Positions 9,069-18,183 of a DNA stretch of 64,000 nt are shown here, piece by piece. A program made the position numbers and the translations under genes. Each line of letters starts with the position of its first letter. Within the stretch, counting starts at the first letter, position 1. This stretch comes from an uncultured Mycoplasmatota bacterium. GTDB taxonomy: Bacteria; Bacillota_I; Bacilli_A; RF39; UBA660. The stretch covers positions 5,032 to 69,031 of the forward strand of contig UREA01000005.1 of assembly GCA_900546715.1 (NCBI GenBank), in the 5' to 3' direction. Below the pieces are notes generated by a model, which did no database searches, was not told where the DNA came from, and worked only from the letters and a program-made list of their open reading frames with translations.

Positions 9069-10197
9069 ATTGATAATGATTCAGAAGCCTCTAAAAAGAA
9101 AACAATTATAGCAAAAATTAAAGAATATTTTGGAGAAGATAAAGTATTAAATATTATAACTTTTTCAAAAATTTCTTCTAAAACTGCTATACAAAAAGCC
9201 TGCAAAGGATTAGATATTAATAATGATATCGCAGGTTACTTAAAATCTTTGATTCCCGTAGATCGTGGTAAAGTTGCTAAATTAAAAGATTGTTTATTTG
9301 GTAATAAAGAAAAAGGAATCAAACCAGTATATGAATTAGTCTCTGAGATGAAAAAATATCCTAAGTTGCAAGAAACTTGCTTAGGAATTGAAGGACTTGT
9401 AACTAATAGAGGGATTCATGCTGCGGGTATAATTATATGTAACGAACCTTATACCAATTTTCTATCCGCTATGAGATCACCAGATGGAACTTTAATTACT
9501 GGATATGATTTAATTGATGCAGAACAAGTAGGTTGCGTTAAATTTGATATGCTAACTACTACATGCACTGATAAAATTCATAAAACTTTAGATTATTTGG
9601 TTAAATACAATAAAATAAAACCGGGGAAAAATTTGAAAGAAACTTATTATAATTGGATACATCCTGACGTATTAAATTATGATAATCCTGAAATGTGGAA
9701 AATTATTCCTACAATTTATTCAGTATTTCAATTTGACACTCCTATTTCAGTTAAAGCTCTGGAAGCTACAAAACCTAAATCAGTAATGGATTTATCAGCG
9801 GCCAATAGTTTATTAAGATTACAACCTGAAAATAGTTCTATTACACCTATTGATTCTTATATTAAATATAAAAATAATCATCAAGAATGGATAGAAGATA
9901 CTAAAAATTTTGGATTGAATGATAAAGAGCGTGAAATTCTTTGGAAATATTTAGCTGATGCTTATGGATTGGCAGATAGTCAAGAAAAAATTATGCGTCT
10001 AAGTATGGACTCAGAAGTATCTGGATATAGCTTAAAAGAAGCAAATAAATTAAGAAAATCTATCGCTAAAAAAGATGAAAAACTCCAAGCTGAAGCTAAA
10101 CAACAATTTTTTGAATATGGACGAAAAATTGGAACAAGAGAAGTATTTTTAGATTATATATGGAATGTAGTATTTGCAGCAAGTATGGGATATTCGT
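9069..10197 (+). CDS. dnaE: DNA polymerase III alpha, exon 2
   Basis: Continues IDNDSE... Contains GIHAAGIIIC and VKFDMLTT, typical of DnaE palm/fingers. Ends ..ASMGYS plus one nt (phase 1). Confidence 0.85.
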
Positions 10198-11225
10198 AAA
10201 AGATTGTTTAACCTAAACCTTGTGGCATGGTTATTCAATTAAGCGCCTCATAGTAGTAATATTATGAGTGGAGTTTGTGAACTGTTTGGTCAACAGGTGT
10301 GTGAATTATATTCATGCTAACAGAAAAAGCCTAAACTGAAAACAGCAAGGTGATTCTGTGCTAAGTTATAAGAAGTTTTAATATGCAATTATATAACGGC
10401 GATTGTTTAGAAGTAATGAAATCAATTCCAAATAAATCTATTGATTTAATTCTATGTGATCTACCTTATGGTATAACTAAATGTAAATGGGATACTCCTA
10501 TTGATTTATTTGCTATGTGGAATCAATATAATAGAATAATCAAAGATAATGCCCCAATTCTTTTATTTGCTCAAACTCCTTTTGATAAAGTTCTTGGATC
10601 ATCTAATTTATCTATGCTTAAATATGAATGGATTTGGGAAAAAACACAGGCAACAGGTCATCTTAATGCAAAGAAAATGCCGATGAAAGCACATGAAAAT
10701 ATTCTTGTGTTTTATAAAAAATTGCCAATTTATAATCCACAAAAAACAACCGGCCATAAACCCATTCATTCATATACTAAATATATTAAAACTCAAAATA
10801 ATACAGAACTATATGGATATATGAAACAAGAAATATCAGGCGGAGGAGAAACAGACAGATACCCAAGAAGTATTATCACTTTTGCTTCTGACAAACAAAC
10901 TTGTCATTTACATCCTACTCAAAAACCCGTCACTTTGCTTGAGTATTTTATTAAAACTTATACGAACGAAGAAATGTTAGTCCTTGATAATTGCATGGGT
11001 TCTGGCTCCACAGGCATAGCCTGTATCAACACAAATAGGAATTTTATTGGAATTGAACTTGATAAACAATATTTTGATATCGCTAAAGAAAGATTAACTT
11101 CTTATAAAAAGTGCAACGACTAAGTGAACGGAAATTGACTACCGTTTGAGCGCAAACTACCCTAATCTTATAGATGGGTAAAGATATAGTCTGCTCTACA
11201 TAGAAATATGTAGCTAACATTAAGG
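10198..11225 (+). mobile_element. group I intron carrying a DNA methyltransferase ORF (dnaE intron 2)
   Basis: Shares the atgctaacag block, caacgacta (11114-11122), aagatatagtc (11181-11191) and the ..agctaaca..g 3' end with intron 1. Splicing U10197 to after G11225 gives GYS|FSQLHSYSYSIVALQE, matching the DnaE motif GYGFNKSHaaaYa. No convincing P1 guide was found by eye. Confidence 0.75.
10383..11123 (+). CDS. beta-class N6-adenine/N4-cytosine DNA methyltransferase (intron-encoded)
   Basis: Motif IV DLPY (LILCDLPYG) precedes the AdoMet motif DNCMGSGSTG, which is the beta-class order. HPTQKPVTLLEYFI is also present. The stop codon lies inside the intron P7 5' strand (gcaacgacTAAgtg). Confidence 0.8.
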   Translation: MQLYNGDCLEVMKSIPNKSIDLILCDLPYGITKCKWDTPIDLFAMWNQYNRIIKDNAPILLFAQTPFDKVLGSSNLSMLKYEWIWEKTQATGHLNAKKMPMKAHENILVFYKKLPIYNPQKTTGHKPIHSYTKYIKTQNNTELYGYMKQEISGGGETDRYPRSIITFASDKQTCHLHPTQKPVTLLEYFIKTYTNEEMLVLDNCMGSGSTGIACINTNRNFIGIELDKQYFDIAKERLTSYKKCND

Positions 11226-12640
11226 TCTCTCAACTACATTCATATAGCTATTCTATTGTAGCTCTTCAAGAACTTAATCTAAATTATTTTTATCCTAAGG
11301 TTTATTGGAATTGTGGTTGTCTTTCTGTTGAATCTATGGGACTTAAAGACAATGAAGATGGTACACAAAAAATTGGTAATACTAATTATGCAGAAATTTC
11401 AAAAGCCATATATAAGATGAAACAATCTGGTATAAATGTATTACCTCCTTCTATTAATAATTCTGATATAGATTATGTTCCCTCGGAAGAAAAAGATATA
11501 ATATATTTTGGCCTTATAGGAATTTCTGGAATTAATATCAACATTTGCCAACAAATTATTGAAAATAGACCTTATAATTCATTCAAAAACTTTTATGAAA
11601 AAAATTGTTATGATGGTAGTTTAATTACACATAGCAAATTTATTCAATTAATTAAAGCAGGTTGTTTTGATGAATTTAATTCAGACCGAACAATAATAAT
11701 GAAACAATATGTTATATTATCTACTCCTATTAAAGATACATTAACAATGTCTAATCTTCCAGAAATATTAAGAATTAAATGCAATATACCGAAAAATATT
11801 ATCGAGCCTTATTATTTCAAAAAATATGTAATTAATAAGCAATTTTTATATGGACAGCATCCTAATTTTAAGACAAAGAAATTATATTGGTTAGATAATA
11901 AAGCTCTAAAATACTTTGAAAAACATTGTAAATTAAAGATGAAAGAAAATATAGATTGGTTACAAAAAGATGATTTAACTTTAATAGTTGACAAATCTTT
12001 AGAGAAAGCAATTTCTTCTCAAATACAGTCTTTGAAAGATTATATTTCCAATCCTTCTTTTATACAAGAATATAAAAATAAAACATATATATATTATTAT
12101 TCAAATATGTTAGATAATAAAGACCCTAATCATTGGTCTATTGAATCATGTGGATTTTATTCTAATCAACACGAATTATTAAACATCAATAGACAAAAAT
12201 ATAATATTTCTTTATTTGATGATATTCCTTTGTCTCCCGTATTTTATACCGAAAAATACGGAAAAAAAGAATGGAAGAAATATGAATTATATCAAATTGC
12301 TGGAACAGTTATTGATAAAATTGACAATCATCATTTAGTTACTATTCTTGATATTAATAACAAAGTAATCCAATGCAAGTTTGATAAAAATGATTATGCT
12401 TATTATAAAGCTCAAATTAGTGACACAAATGGTGATAAAGGAAAAAATATAATAGAAATTTCTTGGTTTAGAAGAGGAACAACTTTAATTTTAACTGGAT
12501 ACCGTATAGGATTAAATGATTTTCGCATAAAAACTTACAAAAACTCAATTTATAACAAAAAAGTAAAAAAAATTTGTTCTATCAATGATAAAACCGGAGA
12601 AATTATTACTCAAAGTGATAAACAAATAATTGAAAAATAA
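11226..12640 (+). CDS. dnaE: DNA polymerase III alpha, exon 3: C-terminal part with OB-fold region
   Basis: The frame is open from 11226, upstream of the first ATG at 11336. FSQLHSYSYSIVALQELNLNYFYPKVYW continues the DnaE motif. Confidence 0.8.
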
Positions 12641-12648
12641 AATATTAT

Positions 12649-12689
12649 AAACAGAGAGTTATTATAAATGGCTCTCTGTTTATTTTTTT
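12649..12689 (+). terminator. intrinsic terminator after dnaE
   Basis: Stem aacagagag/ctctctgtt (12650-12680) followed by a T run. Confidence 0.65.
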
Positions 12690-12700
12690 CTAAAAAACTA

Positions 12701-12729
12701 TTGACTTTATACGTCATTTGTCGTATAAT
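12701..12729 (+). promoter_or_regulatory. sigma70-like promoter (TTGACT-17 nt-TATAAT)
   Basis: ttgact at 12701-12706 and tataat at 12724-12729. Confidence 0.55.
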
Positions 12730-12792
12730 AAAATCACAGGCAAGGGGAAGCCGAGTAAAACGAAAGGAAAAGATAACACCACCGGAAAAGGG

Positions 12793-12919
12793 GGTGCGAA
12801 GATTGACCGAAGAGCAAATAAAAGAACTGCTTGAACTTCTTAAAAAGGCTTTGGAGAGTGAATCAGTGGAACGTATCACAATCAGTATAAAGCCAAATAA
12901 AAAGAACAAACAGTTCTAA
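12793..12919 (+). CDS. possible 41-aa peptide, or a non-coding transcript
   Basis: GTG after aaaaggggg. Translates to VRRLTEEQIKELLELLKKALESESVERITISIKPNKKNKQF. GC-richer than the flanks and bounded by a promoter and a terminator. Confidence 0.25.
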
Positions 12920-12928
12920 TAACTATGG

Positions 12929-12957
12929 TAGCGGGTTTCCCCGCCCGCTATCTTTAT
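12929..12957 (+). terminator. intrinsic terminator
   Basis: Stem tagcggg/cccgcta followed by tcttt. Confidence 0.45.
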
Positions 12958-12997
12958 TATAACCGATAAAATACAAAAATGTCAAGGAGATTAATAT

Positions 12998-13264
12998 ATG
13001 GATATTAATGTGAAAATAATATATAAAAATGAAAAATTACGTAATACTCGATTGGCAACTAATATGTCGCAATCACAGCTTGCATCAAAAGCTGAAATTT
13101 CTGTACGTGTTTTACAAGATTATGAAAGAGGGGTGCGAGATATTAATGGGGCAAAACTAATAACACTATTAAAAATTTGTAATGCTCTTAAATGTAATTT
13201 ACAAGATATTCTTACAGACCCAGCCACATTAAATAAATTAAAAGAATATAATAAAAATAATTAA
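12998..13264 (+). CDS. XRE-family helix-turn-helix transcriptional regulator
   Basis: HTH_3-like LRNTRLATNMSQSQLASKAEISVRVLQDYERGVRDINGAKLITLLKICNAL. Confidence 0.75.
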   Translation: MDINVKIIYKNEKLRNTRLATNMSQSQLASKAEISVRVLQDYERGVRDINGAKLITLLKICNALKCNLQDILTDPATLNKLKEYNKNN

Positions 13265-13282
13265 AAGAGTGCAATTTTCCTC

Positions 13283-13311
13283 TTGACAAGATCATAGAAA
13301 ACTTTTATATT
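13283..13311 (+). promoter_or_regulatory. sigma70-like promoter
   Basis: ttgaca at 13283-13288, then 17 nt, then tatatt at 13306-13311. Confidence 0.45.
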
Positions 13312-13339
13312 ATAATCAGAATAAGAAAAGAGGAAAAAT

Positions 13340-15583
13340 ATGCTTAAAGTACATTGTATTCCACAAAAAATTCTGTATGAAAATATAGATAATGATTATA
13401 AAGTATTGTCTTGTAAATATATAGATTCTTCTGAAGAAATGGAATTGTCTGAATATAATAGTTTTACTTTATCTGGAGAAAATCTTGGGTCTTTGATTCT
13501 TAATCAAAAAGCTCATTTAGTAATACAAAAAGTAGAAAATAGTAAATATCCAAATTCTTATTTAATGCTTATGTATGATGGAATTGCTATTACAGACAAT
13601 ATTCATGTTGAATCTAAATATGAATTAGAAATTTTATGCAGATTTATGGAGCCATCACAAGCAAAGAATATTAATAAATCTTATCCTAATTTTATTGAAA
13701 AAATATTAAATAATCAAATTTCTGATATTGATTATAAAAAAATTTACAATGTGGGTGAAAAACGATTAAATTCATATATTGAAAAAATAAAAAAAGATTG
13801 TATTAGTATTATTTTCTTTCCTGTTCTAAATAAATATGGAATTAAAACAAAGCATGATATTAATACAATTATTAAAAAATATGAATCTATTCCAATTTTT
13901 GAAGAAGAATTCAAAAAAAATCCTTATTATATTTATATTGATTTATTAAATTATTCTTTTTCAAAAGCAGATCGTATGATATTAAATCTTATTCCTGCTT
14001 TTAAAGATAGCTTTCATAGATGCGAATATGGAGTATTAGAAATTCTTAGACAAAATGAAGATAATGGAGACACTAAAATTAAAATTCCATTATTACTTTC
14101 TGTTTTAAGAGAGCTTGTTCCTCAATCATATCATTATGCTAAAGAAGTTATTATAAATAATACAAAAATTTATTATAACAAAGAAACTTTATATGTTTCT
14201 AAAATAACGACATGGATGAATGAAATTTATATTGCGGACAATATTGTTAATAGAATAACTGGAACTAATTCTTTCAATAATATTTGTATAGATTGGGATC
14301 AATTCAAAAAAAATAAAAAAGAAGATTTTGAATATACAGAAGAACAGTGCAATTTTTTAAAGCTTATAGCAAGCGGAAATAAAGTGGTTATGTTAAATGG
14401 CCCAGCAGGAACAGGGAAAAGCCAAACAACAAAAGCTATTGTCCGTATGTTAGAATATTATAATTTTTCTTATACTTTATTAGCTCCTACTGGTATCGCT
14501 TCTACACGTCTAAAAGAAGCTACAAGTCGAGAAAGTTCTACAATACACATGTATTTAGCTAAAGAAAAAGAACCAACCAATTATTATATTATAGACGAAT
14601 TTTCAATGGTCGGTGTCAATTTATTGGCTGATCTACTAAGAACTATTCCGTCTGATTCCAATTTAATTTTTATTTGTGATAATGCTCAATTAGCATCTAT
14701 AAGCTGCGGTAATGTTTTACAAGATATGTTAAATGCTAATATTATCCCTAATGTTACATTAACAAAAGTTTTTAGATATGGGATTGGCGGTATCGCCACT
14801 ATATCTACTGACGTTAGACAAGGAAATATTAACCATATTAATGAACAATACAATGACTTTGTATATATTGAAAATCAAAATTATAATGAACAAATTTCCG
14901 CACTAATTGAACAATATGATAGATTAATAGAAAAAGGATATACATATAAAGATATATTAATTTTACTTCCTTTCAATATTGGTCCATTAGGAACTTACAA
15001 AATTAATCAAACAATTCAACAAAAATATAATAATAATATCACTTCTAAATGTTGCCGATCATTGTCTAAAAATGAAGATATATATTTCAAAATTGGAGAC
15101 AAAGTAATTAATACAAAAAATAATTATTTTATCCCATATATCAAATATGATGAAAATGAGATAGAATATTATATTGATAAGCCTTGTATGAATGGAGATA
15201 TTGGATACGTTAGAGAAATAAGATGCGACAATCAAAATCAATACTCATTGGTAATTGAATTTAATAATGGTTTAGCTTTGATAAAAAAAGAAAACTTAAA
15301 TCATATCTTATTAGCTTATGCTATATCTATTCATAAAGTACAAGGCGCTTCTGCTAAAGCTATTATCACCATTATTCAATCTGAGCATAAAAAAATATTA
15401 TCCAGAAATTTATTATATGTGGCTTTATCAAGAGCAAAAGAACAATTAATTTTAATCAGTAATAAAAATATCTTAAATTCTATTTTAGAAATTCAAGAAA
15501 ATTATGAAAGAAATACATGGTTATACGAAATATTAATGTTATTAAAAAAGGAGAAAATTAAAATCATTGAAAGCAATAATTAA
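13340..15583 (+). CDS. RecD/RecD2-like SF1 DNA helicase
   Basis: Walker A LNGPAGTGKS, Walker B IIDEFSMV, and C-terminal motifs SIHKVQGASAKAII and LLYVALSRAKEQLILI. Confidence 0.75.
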   Translation: MLKVHCIPQKILYENIDNDYKVLSCKYIDSSEEMELSEYNSFTLSGENLGSLILNQKAHLVIQKVENSKYPNSYLMLMYDGIAITDNIHVESKYELEILCRFMEPSQAKNINKSYPNFIEKILNNQISDIDYKKIYNVGEKRLNSYIEKIKKDCISIIFFPVLNKYGIKTKHDINTIIKKYESIPIFEEEFKKNPYYIYIDLLNYSFSKADRMILNLIPAFKDSFHRCEYGVLEILRQNEDNGDTKIKIPLLLSVLRELVPQSYHYAKEVIINNTKIYYNKETLYVSKITTWMNEIYIADNIVNRITGTNSFNNICIDWDQFKKNKKEDFEYTEEQCNFLKLIASGNKVVMLNGPAGTGKSQTTKAIVRMLEYYNFSYTLLAPTGIASTRLKEATSRESSTIHMYLAKEKEPTNYYIIDEFSMVGVNLLADLLRTIPSDSNLIFICDNAQLASISCGNVLQDMLNANIIPNVTLTKVFRYGIGGIATISTDVRQGNINHINEQYNDFVYIENQNYNEQISALIEQYDRLIEKGYTYKDILILLPFNIGPLGTYKINQTIQQKYNNNITSKCCRSLSKNEDIYFKIGDKVINTKNNYFIPYIKYDENEIEYYIDKPCMNGDIGYVREIRCDNQNQYSLVIEFNNGLALIKKENLNHILLAYAISIHKVQGASAKAIITIIQSEHKKILSRNLLYVALSRAKEQLILISNKNILNSILEIQENYERNTWLYEILMLLKKEKIKIIESNN

Positions 15584-15803
15584 AGAAACATCAAGTCATT
15601 ATCATGTATTAGATATTGATGTTGATGAATGTTATATAGAAGATATTATAGAACAAGCAAATCTTATTAAAAATCAATATGATTCTGCTTGTGAAACATT
15701 GGATATTGTTCTTAAAAATCATTTTAGCGATATTTATTATACATTAGAGCCTGATTATGCAGGAACAAAATGTGAAGAAATAGCATTGGAGATGACATAT
15801 TAA
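15567..15803 (+). CDS. hypothetical protein
   Basis: ORF track only, with a TTG start. Confidence 0.3.
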   Translation: MKAIIKETSSHYHVLDIDVDECYIEDIIEQANLIKNQYDSACETLDIVLKNHFSDIYYTLEPDYAGTKCEEIALEMTY

Positions 15804-16142
15804 ATGGGAACTAATTTCTTAAACGGATATTTATATACAAATGGAGAAATATATCACATCAATAAAATAAAAAAAGTAACAATGGAAGCAAAAGATTCGG
15901 AAGAACATGAGATAAAAACGGAAAAAATAGAAAAAGAACAGCCTGTTTATAGAATCCGAGTTTTTCTCAATTATGGTGATCTGATTAAAGAAAAATGGCT
16001 TAAAAGCTATATTTTCCGTAAAATGCCATATATTCCAAGTATAGGTCATGAATTAATAGTTGATAACAAATCTTATATTGTTAATAATATCGCACATGAT
16101 TATGATAATCCATATCTATTTGAAGTTGGCGTAGTGGAATGA
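15804..16142 (+). CDS. hypothetical protein
   Basis: ORF track only. Confidence 0.3.
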   Translation: MGTNFLNGYLYTNGEIYHINKIKKVTMEAKDSEEHEIKTEKIEKEQPVYRIRVFLNYGDLIKEKWLKSYIFRKMPYIPSIGHELIVDNKSYIVNNIAHDYDNPYLFEVGVVE

Positions 16143-16570
16143 AAGAAATAAAAATAAAATATCATTATGATAATGTACAAAAAATCTCTAAAATTGAACA
16201 GGGAGATTGGATAGATTTAAGAGCCGCCAAAACTTACAATCTTTATCCTGGAAAATATTATTCAATAGATTTAGGTGTTTCTATGAAATTGCCTAAAGGA
16301 TATGAAGCTCATATTGTTCCACGTTCTTCTTCTTTCCGTAATTGGGGTTTTCTTCAAGTCAATTCAATGGCAATAATTGATGAATCATTTTGTGGACCTA
16401 ATGACATTTGGAGATTGCCTATTTATGCTACAAGAGAAGCAGTCATTAAATGCAATGAAAGAATTTGTCAATTTAGAATATTGCCTAAAATGCCTGATAT
16501 TAAATTAACAGAAATCAAAGAACTATATGATAAAGATCGTGGAGGATTTGGGACAACAAATAAAATATGA
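16139..16570 (+). CDS. dut: dUTP diphosphatase (dUTPase)
   Basis: Motifs IVPRSSSF, AIIDESFCGPND, ICQFRILP and C-terminal DRGGFGTT. Confidence 0.75.
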   Translation: MKEIKIKYHYDNVQKISKIEQGDWIDLRAAKTYNLYPGKYYSIDLGVSMKLPKGYEAHIVPRSSSFRNWGFLQVNSMAIIDESFCGPNDIWRLPIYATREAVIKCNERICQFRILPKMPDIKLTEIKELYDKDRGGFGTTNKI

Positions 16571-16764
16571 TATACCCCACTTTTCATTATAACGAACCTC
16601 AAAACATATTAGCAATAGAACTTATTGACGCAATATCAGGAGAAGAATGCTTCGTTTTTGAGGTTACAGAAATCAATGAAGACCCAGACGCACTTATAGA
16701 ATATATGATATTTTTTTATTATTTATTAGAAGGATTCTTTAATAATAATGGATTTGTCTTTTAA
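16567..16764 (+). CDS. hypothetical protein
   Basis: ORF track only. Confidence 0.3.
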   Translation: MIYPTFHYNEPQNILAIELIDAISGEECFVFEVTEINEDPDALIEYMIFFYYLLEGFFNNNGFVF

Positions 16765-16785
16765 CAAATATAATTATATAAAAAA

Positions 16786-16824
16786 GTAAAAAAAAGACTG
16801 AGAACTTAATCTCAGTCTTTTTTC
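16786..16824. terminator. bidirectional terminator at the convergent junction of the + and - blocks
   Basis: Stem agactgaga/tctcagtct (16795-16818), flanked by an A run and a T run. Confidence 0.65.
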
Positions 16825-17361
16825 TTATTCTTGCGCTAATGTTATTGTGAGTATTTGATCTTCATCTGCCGTTACTTGAACCTCTTGTGCTACATATCCA
16901 GAAGCACTCACATTAACAGTATATTCCCCATCAATTTCATCAAGAGGAAATATATTATTTGCCTCAGCAAAAGGCTCTATTTGTTCTTCTCCTTTAGTAA
17001 CAGTAATTTTACATCCGGGAACAATATCCCCATATACATCTGATACCAACACTTCTAAAAGATATCTCTCTGTAAAATTTAATACGCCTTTTTCATCCAC
17101 AGAGAAATAATGCCCATCACAAAGAATAGAACAATTTGCTTTTATTAAACTACCAAGAGGTATCTCCTCATGTCTGGTAGCCATACTAATTATATATCTA
17201 TCTTCAACTTTGCCTACGCTAAAAATATTAGAATCCCATAATTGCCCACAGCTTGTCACAGGATCATGGACCTCTGATTCAGTAGATAAAGTAATAACTC
17301 CATTTATCTCTTTAAAGACATCTTCATTTAATTTAATTCCACCACATTTAGCAACAAACAT
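16825..17361 (-). CDS. tail-fibre-module protein with a carboxypeptidase-regulatory-like beta-sandwich C-terminus
   Basis: Last gene of the fibre cassette. The C-terminus YGDIVPGCKITVTKGEE...GEYTVNVSASGYVAQEVQV resembles a CarboxypepD_reg-like domain. Confidence 0.3.
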   Translation of the reverse strand: MFVAKCGGIKLNEDVFKEINGVITLSTESEVHDPVTSCGQLWDSNIFSVGKVEDRYIISMATRHEEIPLGSLIKANCSILCDGHYFSVDEKGVLNFTERYLLEVLVSDVYGDIVPGCKITVTKGEEQIEPFAEANNIFPLDEIDGEYTVNVSASGYVAQEVQVTADEDQILTITLAQE

Positions 17362-17376
17362 TTATATCCCTCATTA

Positions 17377-18168
17377 TTAACTGGAGGCAAGAATACCCGC
17401 ATTCCGTAGACTAACTAATAATTCATTGATCGTAGTAACTGCATTATCTGAAGCGTCTGTAACAGCGGCGGCTTGTTTTACAATCCCTGCAACACTGGTA
17501 GTAGCAGCAGTAGGAAATTCATCATTGGTGATAAAATTAGCAATTTCAGCCTTAGTAGCATAAGTAGTATCAGCCGTTGCTTTGTTCATTGCATCATTAG
17601 CTTCAGTAGGAGCACCTAAATTAGTAATTTTATGATTATTTAAATCCACATCGGTCTCTACAGCGATTTCAGTAGTATTACCGCTAATACTACCTACATG
17701 ATTTAAGTTAGCTCCATTTAAATCTATATTCTCAGAAGTTAAAGAAATAGTAGTATCATTAGCTTTAAGTTCAATGCCACCTGATGTAGCTCTTACACTG
17801 GAAGTAACACCATCATTAGTATTAATAATTTCAGCACCCGATGCAGTCACCCCTAAACTACAAGTGTTATTTCCAGAAGTTGAAGTAATTATAATCTCAT
17901 CAGTAGCTTGAATATTAGCATCAGCATTCATAATACCACCGTCAAGAGATAAACATTTACTTATAGCTTCTCTCATGCTTGTATTTGTAGGAATTTTTTC
18001 TTGGTCGACAGAAATAGTATTTCCAGAAATAGTTATACCTTCTCCTGCCGTATATGTCGCACCTTCTCCTGATTCGCCCACGAATTTAATAGAATTTTCC
18101 TCGTAATCAACATTAAATTGATCGCTCTCTAAATAAAAAGAGCCGGAAGGGTCCTTAATTAAACTCAT
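17377..18168 (-). CDS. tail fibre protein
   Basis: Low-complexity T/S/G/N-rich fibre-like sequence. Contains the ..NHKITNLGAPTEANDAMNKATAD.. motif common in phage fibres. Confidence 0.45.
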   Translation of the reverse strand: MSLIKDPSGSFYLESDQFNVDYEENSIKFVGESGEGATYTAGEGITISGNTISVDQEKIPTNTSMREAISKCLSLDGGIMNADANIQATDEIIITSTSGNNTCSLGVTASGAEIINTNDGVTSSVRATSGGIELKANDTTISLTSENIDLNGANLNHVGSISGNTTEIAVETDVDLNNHKITNLGAPTEANDAMNKATADTTYATKAEIANFITNDEFPTAATTSVAGIVKQAAAVTDASDNAVTTINELLVSLRNAGILASS

Positions 18169-18183
18169 TCATATCTCTCCTTC

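Noticed and set aside
8799-11225. Inteins as the explanation for the split DnaE (and RNAP) genes
   Set aside because: The intervening sequences contain stop codons in the host frame immediately after the break. They lack the intein block motifs, meaning a Cys/Ser/Thr at the N-terminus and an HN plus nucleophile at the C-terminus. They do carry RNA-level group I signatures: P1 guide pairing, P7 strands and an omega G.
12610-12919. Overlapping track ORFs 12610-12909 (-) and 12668-12919 (+)
   Set aside because: Both span a terminator and a promoter. Only the 3' part of the + frame, from the GTG at 12793, has an RBS. The - strand ORF is an antisense shadow.
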